Shown here piece by piece: positions 61,675 to 64,000 of a stretch of DNA of 64,000 nucleotides. The stretch comes from an uncultured Gemmatimonadota bacterium (GTDB lineage: Bacteria; Gemmatimonadota; Gemmatimonadetes; Palauibacterales; KS3-K002). The stretch spans positions 4,042-68,041 of the forward strand of contig CAYFSW010000124.1 in NCBI GenBank assembly GCA_964345885.1. The letters run 5' to 3'. Position numbers and translations under genes: made by a program. Under the pieces are notes generated by a model. The model made no database searches. It was not told where the DNA came from and saw only the letters and a list, made by a program, of their open reading frames with translations. Numbering within the stretch: position 1 is the first letter of the stretch; every line of letters begins with the position of its first letter.

Positions 61675-63165
61675 GTGATCGATGCGATCATAGTCATAGC
61701 CTACCTGGGGGTGATGCTCTCTGTCGGCTGGCGCTCGCGCCGACAGTCCCCGGAATCTTACTGGGTGGCTGACCGACGCTACGGCGCGGGCAGCGTCGCC
61801 GTATCACTGGTCGCCACGGTTTTCGGGGCGTCTTCGACGATCGGTATCATCGGGCTCGGTTACTCGCGGGGCCTGACCGGTGCCTGGTGGTCGCTGATCG
61901 GAGCAGCCGCGCTGCTGCCGTTCGGGCTCATACTCGCCGGGCGGGTCAGGGCGCTAGCGGTCTACACGCTGCCGGACATTCTGCAGCGAGCGTACGGTAA
62001 CCGTGTGGCGGTGCCTGCCGCCGTCGTGATCGCCCTGGCCTGGTGCGGGGTCATCGCTGCCCAGATGACGGCGGGTGCCCTCTTACTGAGTGGAGTCCTG
62101 CGGCTGGACTACTCGTGGGTACTCGCGGTCGTCGCGGTCGTCTTTGTCCTCTACACCTACTGGGGCGGTCAGCTGTCGGTCATTCGGACGGATTCCTGGC
62201 AGTTCGCCCTGTTCGTCGCCGGGGTCCTGGTCTGCCTGATCTTGCTGTACCTCGCGTCGCCGGGCGTGGGGGTATCAGGCGGCGAAGCCATTCCGGCGGG
62301 ACACTTCCGTTTTCCGGTATCCGAGGGCTTCGGGTGGTATGAACTGTTGCTCTTCTATCCGTTGATCGTCGGTCTTCCGTACCTGGCGGGCCCGGATATC
62401 TACTCACGCGTGTTGTGCGCGCGAGACTCGGCGGCGGCGCGCAAGGCGGCGCTGACCGCGGCGGCGGCCGTCGTGCCGATCTCGTTTCTGTTGGCGGTCC
62501 TCGGCCTGCTGATCCGCGCCCGATTCCCGGAGATCGCGGCGGAAGCGGCGCTGCCCACCGCTGTGAGCGAGCTGGTGCCGGCCGGACTCGCCGGGTTGAT
62601 CCTGGCCGGGTTCCTCGCTGCGGTCATGTCTTCGGCGGACACCACACTGATATCGGCTTCCACGATCCTGTCGCTGAACGTGTTCGGTGCGGGCGGGGAC
62701 CTGTCAGGGGCGAAGCAGCTCCGACTCACACGGCTGGCTCTGATTGGCGTGGGAGGGGCCGCCTGGGCGATAGCCGGCCTCGAGCGAGGCATCATCTCGG
62801 CGTTGCTCCTGGGCTACACGATCTTCGTCGGAGGTGTGGTCTTTCCGACGCTCGCCAGCTTCTTGCGAGGCCGCCTGAGCGTCGCGCCGCCGGTCGCCAT
62901 GGCGGCGGTCATCGTCGGTGGAGCGACTGCTGCCTTGGGGGCGATAGGGGAGGGTTCGCCGTTGAAGGCGATGGTTGGATGGGGCGAGCCCACTCTGCTC
63001 CGGCTGCTGGGACCTCGCTATCCGGCGATCCTTCCCGTGCTTCTGAGCTTGGCGATCCTCGTGTTCGGGACTGCTTTGTCCAGGGGGTTCCCCCTAACTC
63101 GTTATCGTGATCGTTATCGAAGCGATTACGATCACGATAACGAGAACGACAACGAGCGGGAGTAG
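61675..63165 (+). CDS. Sodium:solute symporter family (SSS) transporter
   Basis: About 13 TM helices with N-terminal SSF pattern (GVMLSVGWRSRRQSPESYWVADRRYGAGSVAVSLVATVFGASSTIG). The C-terminal tail RYRDRYRSDYDHDNENDNERE is encoded by a palindromic stem-loop. Confidence 0.85.
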   Translation: MIDAIIVIAYLGVMLSVGWRSRRQSPESYWVADRRYGAGSVAVSLVATVFGASSTIGIIGLGYSRGLTGAWWSLIGAAALLPFGLILAGRVRALAVYTLPDILQRAYGNRVAVPAAVVIALAWCGVIAAQMTAGALLLSGVLRLDYSWVLAVVAVVFVLYTYWGGQLSVIRTDSWQFALFVAGVLVCLILLYLASPGVGVSGGEAIPAGHFRFPVSEGFGWYELLLFYPLIVGLPYLAGPDIYSRVLCARDSAAARKAALTAAAAVVPISFLLAVLGLLIRARFPEIAAEAALPTAVSELVPAGLAGLILAGFLAAVMSSADTTLISASTILSLNVFGAGGDLSGAKQLRLTRLALIGVGGAAWAIAGLERGIISALLLGYTIFVGGVVFPTLASFLRGRLSVAPPVAMAAVIVGGATAALGAIGEGSPLKAMVGWGEPTLLRLLGPRYPAILPVLLSLAILVFGTALSRGFPLTRYRDRYRSDYDHDNENDNERE

Positions 63166-63186
63166 GAAGGGGCTCTCGTGTTATCG

Positions 63187-63408
63187 CTAACCAGTGGGCG
63201 CGGTGGTGTCCCGGTGAATTCCCGTCCAGCGCAGGATGTCCTCCATCAAGCACCACCTGGTGATCGCGGACTGCATCAGATTCAGCCCCACGAAGGCGGT
63301 GAACAGGTACCAATAGGGGCTGACCCACCAGCCGAGGGCTAGGCTGGCCAGGACGAAGGAACCGGCGATCAGACGGATCTTGCGTTCGATTGTCATAGTG
63401 CCTCGCAC
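63187..63408 (-). CDS. DUF2892 (YgaP C-terminal-like) small membrane protein
   Basis: 73 aa, two TM helices, NLMQSAITRWC motif. Confidence 0.6.
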   Translation of the reverse strand: MRGTMTIERKIRLIAGSFVLASLALGWWVSPYWYLFTAFVGLNLMQSAITRWCLMEDILRWTGIHRDTTAPTG

Positions 63409-63410
63409 GA

Positions 63411-63725
63411 TTAGGGTTTAGTTCCCAGCTGACAGCAGCTGTATTGTTCTACGGCCATTTGCACCGCCCTGATCGGGTGCCGCGGGTCTTCGACGCCGGT
63501 GCATGACTCGACGGCTTCCATGAGGGCGGCCGCCTTGTCGTCGGGCAGCACGGTCATGACCACCTGCGACTGGTAAGGCTGGATCTCGCCGGTCCAACCG
63601 ACGGCACTCCCGGGCGCGTGTCCTTCCACGGGTAGACGACTGAAAGCTGTAACCGCCTGTTCGCTGAGTAGCCGGTTCACACAGCTTTCGTCATCGGCCA
63701 GGTACATGAGGTATACGAGCTTCAT
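63411..63725 (-). CDS. Small PII-like/DUF3240-type protein encoded downstream of an RND pump gene
   Basis: 104 aa. The family was assigned from position and length; support is weak. Confidence 0.4.
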   Translation of the reverse strand: MKLVYLMYLADDESCVNRLLSEQAVTAFSRLPVEGHAPGSAVGWTGEIQPYQSQVVMTVLPDDKAAALMEAVESCTGVEDPRHPIRAVQMAVEQYSCCQLGTKP

Positions 63726-63728
63726 TTT

Positions 63729-64000
63729 TCACTCTGTCTCCGCTACGGGGTTCGCGTCGGGTTCGGGGGCCGCCGGGGTCTTGCTCTCGGCCCTGCGGCT
63801 GCGGGCCCGGTGCACGAGGTAGTAGACGCTGGGCACGACGATCAAGGTGAGCACGGTGGAAGCCAGCGCTCCGGTGATTAGCGAGACGGCCAAGCCCTCG
63901 AAGATCGGGTCGAAGAGGATAACGATCGCACCGATGACCACCGTGCCGGCGGTCAGGGCGATGGGTCGGGTTCGGACGGCACCCGCCTCGATGACCGCTT
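63729..64000 (-). CDS. CusA/CzcA family RND efflux pump, C-terminal end only (the gene continues past the window edge)
   Basis: LTGALASTVLTLIVVPSVYYLV is a typical final TM helix of RND transporters. The ORF is open to the window edge. Confidence 0.7.
   Translation of the reverse strand, partial: AVIEAGAVRTRPIALTAGTVVIGAIVILFDPIFEGLAVSLITGALASTVLTLIVVPSVYYLVHRARSRRAESKTPAAPEPDANPVAETE

Noticed and set aside
1-64000. CRISPR arrays, transposase/integrase genes, tRNA/rRNA genes
   Set aside because: No regularly spaced short direct repeats with unique spacers, no DDE/tyrosine recombinase-like ORFs and no recognisable rRNA/tRNA sequence were seen by eye. tRNAs could be missed without a covariance search.

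Overview
This 64 kb window is high-GC (about two thirds G+C by eye) chromosomal DNA from a Gram-negative bacterium. The gene content (a SusC/SusD pair, several TonB-dependent receptors, many lipoproteins and secreted peptidases, Na+-pumping oxaloacetate decarboxylase) fits a Gemmatimonadota- or Rhodothermota-like organism; this is inference. About 55 protein-coding genes are called and most are housekeeping or nutrient scavenging: priA, tatA, a sigma-70 factor, an M14 peptidase, an M61 peptidase with a PDZ domain, M24 Xaa-Pro peptidase, gamma-glutamyltransferase, D-aminoacylase, glycosylasparaginase, a dipeptide epimerase, ABC-2 exporter, two FKBP isomerases, malic enzyme, the birA-oadGAB operon, a Na+/solute symporter and a partial CzcA-family pump at the 3' edge. 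No rRNA, tRNA, CRISPR array or transposase gene could be recognised by eye. The most unusual content is non-genic. (1) A family of elements bounded by ~30 bp terminal inverted repeats: one 565 bp copy carries a four-helix-bundle protein gene (the 23S-rRNA-intervening-sequence / DGR Avd family), four ~170-200 bp copies lack the ORF and look like MITE derivatives, and one end remnant remains. They sit tight against gene boundaries. (2) A second dispersed family of 110-280 bp intergenic palindromic repeats built from CCGTGGAATCC / GGGAATCGGGGA units, with four copies. (3) A radical SAM (HpnH-like) gene whose stop overlaps the start of a PAP2-family gene. (4) A three-member lipoprotein family, one copy sitting as a ~0.5 kb cassette inside a duplicated 3' end of an SDR gene, next to a low-GC island that encodes a fused MFS/spermidine-synthase protein. 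(5) An orphan GvpL/GvpF homolog and an orphan TonB-receptor plug domain. All calls come from reading the sequence and the supplied ORF translations; no database search was run.
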